DNA of 64,000 bases, taken from Thainema sp. Its GTDB lineage: Bacteria; Cyanobacteriota; Cyanobacteriia; Phormidesmidales; Phormidesmidaceae. The notes beneath the pieces are model-generated. The model had not been told where the DNA came from, ran no database searches, and worked only from the letters and a program-made list of their open reading frames with translations. Positions 60,623 to 64,000 of the stretch are shown piece after piece. The stretch's first letter is position 1, and each line of letters starts with the position of its first letter. Where the stretch lies: the NCBI GenBank assembly GCA_052168235.1, contig JBQLZK010000001.1, forward strand, positions 128,001-192,000, given 5' to 3'. Made by a program: the position numbers and the translations under genes.

Positions 60623-60873
60623 TTATATGTCGTAAACGCGGCACTCGTCAGCGTCGGGATTTTGGTCGCAGTAGGCTTCAAACGAGGTTCTGGCTTTGTT
60701 ACGATATCCGCTTTTCTGGTGGGATGCTTCGGCTTGTAGTTCTTCTACCGTATCCCACGCATTGGCACAGGCCGCAGAGTTGGGGCCGAACCGCTACAGG
60801 CTTGATGCGCATCTGAGATCGCAGTGCCAATAGCGTCATGAATGCTGGAAGGTTGAACAGTCTGAGTAGTCAT
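60623..60873 (-). pseudogene. cp12: CP12 Calvin-cycle regulator with a 1-nt frameshift (real lesion or assembly error)
   Basis: AGGAG SD and ATG 60873 MTTQTVQP...AHQAC; a second frame encodes CANAWDTVEELQAE...YCDQNPDADECRVYDI*; total span 251 nt. Confidence 0.85.
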
Positions 60874-61219
60874 ATAGATTAAGTCACTCCTAAATCTTGC
60901 CTCTGACTTGATCGTAGAAAACCCTTACACTAACTGCATTCGGGAAACCGTAGTCGGGAACCCCAAGCAACCGATAGACTGATCCTCCGACCTAAAACGT
61001 TTGGTAGGGACAGGCCGCGATCATAGACTAATCAATCTGTTCCATCAGAAGAGAGAAGAGAACAAGACACAGCTCTGCAACAACTTGTCTTAGGATTTAG
61101 GATAGAAGCGGCCTCGAAATATTCCGTTACATTTTCGTTGTAGCTAAATCCAATGCGATTTAGCCGCACGCAACCAACGACTGATTCTATTCTGATTCTG
61201 TCAATGTATTTACAAGCCC

Positions 61220-62071
61220 ATGTACTGGCAAAATCTTGAAGGCAACTGGGTATTAGTTCCTCCCAAGCCTGTCGCCATTATTCACTTTTTGGGTGGCGCA
61301 TTCGTGGCGAGTGCGCCCCACATGACCTATCGCTGGCTACTGGAGAACCTGGCCGAGGCCGGTTACGTGATCGTTGCGACTCCGTTTGTCAACACGATGG
61401 ATCACCATGACATTGCCCGCCAGTGTTTGTGGAAGTTTAACGATACTCTGACCGATTTGTACACATACTCCCTGCGTCGAAAGCAGCTACCCATTTATGG
61501 TCTAGGCCACAGCATGGGCTGTAAGCTACATGTTCTGATCGGGAGTCTGAGCCGTTCGGAACGGGCAGGCAATATCTTGATGTCCTACAACAACTTTTCG
61601 GCGCGACGCTCCATTCCACTGATGGATCAAATGTCACCACTGATCGATCAGTTCAAGCCGCTGTTGGGCCAGTGGATAATGAATTCAGGCAGTGCGATCG
61701 CAACTGAATTTACGCCGTCTCCAGCCGAAACCATGCAGCTTGTCCAAGAGCGCTATCGCATTGATCGCAACTTGATGATCAAGTTTCGCAACGATGACCT
61801 GGATGAGACCCGTGCCCTTACGGAAGCACTCCGATTACGTTTTCCCGAGATGACTGCCGTGCAAATTCTCAAAGGCAATCATCTTACACCAATGGGACAA
61901 GACGTTGGTTGGCAAGCCGGTGCAGAGTTTAGCCCTCTAGATGCTGTTGGTCAGTTTGTGCGTCAGGGACTCTACCGCGACTTGAATGTGCTAAAAGCAA
62001 CTATTTTAAGATGGCTTCAGGATATGGATTCCACCACAGTTAACCCCTCGACGAACCCCTCTATGCGTTAG
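61220..62071 (+). CDS. DUF1350 family alpha/beta hydrolase-like protein
   Basis: IHFLGGAF, GLGHSMGCKL and GNHLTP motifs; usual neighbour of psbI. Confidence 0.85.
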   Translation: MYWQNLEGNWVLVPPKPVAIIHFLGGAFVASAPHMTYRWLLENLAEAGYVIVATPFVNTMDHHDIARQCLWKFNDTLTDLYTYSLRRKQLPIYGLGHSMGCKLHVLIGSLSRSERAGNILMSYNNFSARRSIPLMDQMSPLIDQFKPLLGQWIMNSGSAIATEFTPSPAETMQLVQERYRIDRNLMIKFRNDDLDETRALTEALRLRFPEMTAVQILKGNHLTPMGQDVGWQAGAEFSPLDAVGQFVRQGLYRDLNVLKATILRWLQDMDSTTVNPSTNPSMR

Positions 62072-62308
62072 TCGCCTATTTGGTCACAGTAGATAACTTG
62101 AAACGGTCTGAGATGAACCCGATGCTCATAATCAAAATCCTTGGCCGAGGCAGGAACTTTATGTGTGCAGGAGCTGTCATAACGATTCAATTAGGGAAAT
62201 TGCATCACCTAGACGTTGAATCGATACTAGATCCGCATTAAGTTCTGAGGGTGGAATGCAAGCGTGTATTATTAAATCTAGTAAAGCCTGCGTCTGGGAG
62301 AAATCAGA

Positions 62309-62425
62309 ATGCTGACTCTTAAAATCGTTGTTTATATTGTTGTCTTTTTCTTTATTGGCCTCTTTGTCTTCGGCTTTCTATCCGGTGACCCATCTCGTAA
62401 CCCAGGTCGTCGCGATCTCGAATAA
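62309..62425 (+). CDS. psbI: Photosystem II reaction centre protein I
   Basis: [38 protein letters not shown], 38 aa. Confidence 0.97.
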   Translation: MLTLKIVVYIVVFFFIGLFVFGFLSGDPSRNPGRRDLE

Positions 62426-62561
62426 TTTCGCTGGCAGCCAATTTAAGATACGGTAGACACAATTTAACTCGCTTTTGGAAACTGCTGATTTGAGGTCTAA
62501 AGGGGATGTGAGGCCATGCTCCACATCCCTATTCAGACCCGGATTATGCAAAATTCGTTTG

Positions 62562-62663
62562 CTCATATCTTGCGCCGAAACCTAGACAAGTTATGTTGCC
62601 ATGTCTCGCAATAGCAACATCAGCTTCTTCTGGTTCTAGTTTTGCGAACAGCAAGGTATGAAG
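62562..62663. mobile_element. Degenerate MITE-like element
   Basis: ctcatatcttgc...gcaaggtatgaag ends with an internal hairpin; same end type as 57177-57276. Confidence 0.4.
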
Positions 62664-62816
62664 TGTTCTGAGGTGGTGACAGATGGGCAATGCCATCTGT
62701 CGTCCATCTTGGGAGTAGCTCAATCGTTTGACAATACGTCAGCGTTTTGATTTAGCGTTTTACAGATCTCCTTTTGTAAAAGCTCGTTGTTTGGTTTAGT
62801 CATTTATCGTTGACGT

Positions 62817-64000
62817 ATGCCCTATCCGGTTTTACCGCCTGATCTGCCGCCTGTTGTTCAGACCTCGCAGCCGGAGAGTAGTTTCACAACCGACCCCTCA
62901 ACTGAGGCTGGCTCAGTCGTTTCCTCATCTCTTGCGACTAGTGCAACAGATCAGTCCGCGACTTCACAGACACAGTCGTCGTCTGACGCTCCATCTCAGC
63001 CGTCAGATCAGCCATCTTCTCAAGCGACTGAAGAAGGGCAAGCCTCATCCCCTGCGATCCAAGCTCATGTTTCTCTTCGCTTGCCGGAGATCGCAACTCC
63101 TGAAATTTTTTCTCCAAATCCGACTCGCACGCATCATGAATCTGTAACGGGTACCGCTCCGGATCATGCCAACTCTAACGTAGAAACATCGGCCCATAGT
63201 TTGGGACAGCCGATGGCGCTCGACATTGCCGATTTTGCCATTGCGCCTACATCCTCGGTACCTGCGATCGCAGAGTTGCGATCGCAACTGTCGCAAGCAC
63301 CGCTACCAAAGCCCGAATTTTCCACTACGCCGTTATCGACTGATTTTGGCCATCGAGCAGCTTATTCACCGTTGGCAAGTCAAACACTAAGTCAGACTTC
63401 GAATCAAGCGTTTAGTCAGGCAGCCGTTAATCAACCTGCGCCAGAGCGGGGTACTTCCTTCACACCTCTGCCGTTGCCGAGTATCCTGCACAGTGGAACA
63501 GGTACCGGATTCGCTAACCAATTCAGCGGTACGACCGCTTATGTGACGCCTACCTCTAACCCAGCAGCAGAATCTGCTCCACATTCTTTTTTCCCGCTCG
63601 TTGCTCCGGGAGAAGCGCTCGGTCAGTATTTAGCGCAGCATTTAGCATCCAATTCCGCCCAAAACTCAGCGCCAGAATTGGGGCAAGCGGATCCAGATGC
63701 ACTACCCAATCAATCGGAGGAAGAGCCGCTCGAATCACCATCGCCAAATCGGCCAGTGCTAGAGATTCCCACGACTCCTCCTAGCGAGGCCGAAACCGAG
63801 GAATTGCCGCCGGAATCTGCGGGTGAATCAACAGAGGATACTCCACCGGACAGTGATGAAACCGATGGTGCAGAAGACCCGACCGTTCCGGTAACGCTAG
63901 AGGAATCTCTGGTTGAATTACAGGCTGATCGCCAGGAATATGACACCATTCGCCGTATTTTCGAAGCGGAAGGCAATGTTGTCATGCGCTACGGCGGTGG
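62817..64000 (+). CDS. DUF3769 (LptD-like) protein, 5' partial
   Basis: ATG 62817 MPYPVLPPDLPP, low-complexity linker, in-frame ELQADRQEYD...FEAEGNVVMRYGG at the window end; follows psbI. Confidence 0.8.
   Translation, partial: MPYPVLPPDLPPVVQTSQPESSFTTDPSTEAGSVVSSSLATSATDQSATSQTQSSSDAPSQPSDQPSSQATEEGQASSPAIQAHVSLRLPEIATPEIFSPNPTRTHHESVTGTAPDHANSNVETSAHSLGQPMALDIADFAIAPTSSVPAIAELRSQLSQAPLPKPEFSTTPLSTDFGHRAAYSPLASQTLSQTSNQAFSQAAVNQPAPERGTSFTPLPLPSILHSGTGTGFANQFSGTTAYVTPTSNPAAESAPHSFFPLVAPGEALGQYLAQHLASNSAQNSAPELGQADPDALPNQSEEEPLESPSPNRPVLEIPTTPPSEAETEELPPESAGESTEDTPPDSDETDGAEDPTVPVTLEESLVELQADRQEYDTIRRIFEAEGNVVMRYGG

Larger units (their letters stand above)
1..64000. repeat. HIP1 octamer GCGATCGC dispersed across the window
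   Basis: Many exact copies in coding and intergenic DNA; hallmark of many cyanobacterial genomes. Confidence 0.95.

Noticed and set aside
245..63985. Many 60-150 aa ORFs antisense to or overlapping the long genes
   Set aside because: No recognisable motifs; expected shadow ORFs of genuine coding regions.
1..64000. tRNA, rRNA, tmRNA, riboswitch, CRISPR array, integrase or transposase
   Set aside because: None recognised by eye; an Infernal/Rfam and tRNAscan run would be needed to exclude small RNAs.

Overview
Cyanobacterial chromosomal segment, most likely from a filamentous Leptolyngbya-like strain (dense HIP1 octamers GCGATCGC, psbI, rbcR/ycf30, CpcS-type lyase, CP12). Most of it is housekeeping: prfB with its +1 frameshift, uvrB, polA, smpB, bioF, moeA, TamB, an ABC1 kinase, two PstS-family proteins and an ECF sigma/anti-sigma pair. 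The intergenic regions carry many MITE-like elements and long perfect palindromes. The main result is an accessory island upstream of polA (about 47.8-52.3 kb). There a 149-aa Bell-like helical protein and a translationally coupled NB-ARC-TPR (NLR-like) protein share a 27-aa G/N/F-rich motif: it is the C-terminus of the first and near the N-terminus of the second, with 24/27 identical residues and 12 synonymous versus 3 non-synonymous codon differences. This is the architecture of an NLR amyloid-signalling cell-death/defence system. The NLR has an unusual C-terminal membrane anchor, a relic copy of its 3' end lies downstream, and RelE-type toxin-antitoxin modules flank the pair. A second candidate defence pair (ABC-type ATPase plus TOPRIM-like DUF3226) lies at 29-30.7 kb. 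Items missed or truncated by the ORF track: psbI, a frameshifted CP12, the true C-terminus of a frameshifted MocA-like gene, a 52-aa small ORF, the prfB 5' segment and the start of a DUF3769 gene. I saw no rRNA, tRNA or CRISPR array. All family calls come from motif recognition by eye; no database search was run.
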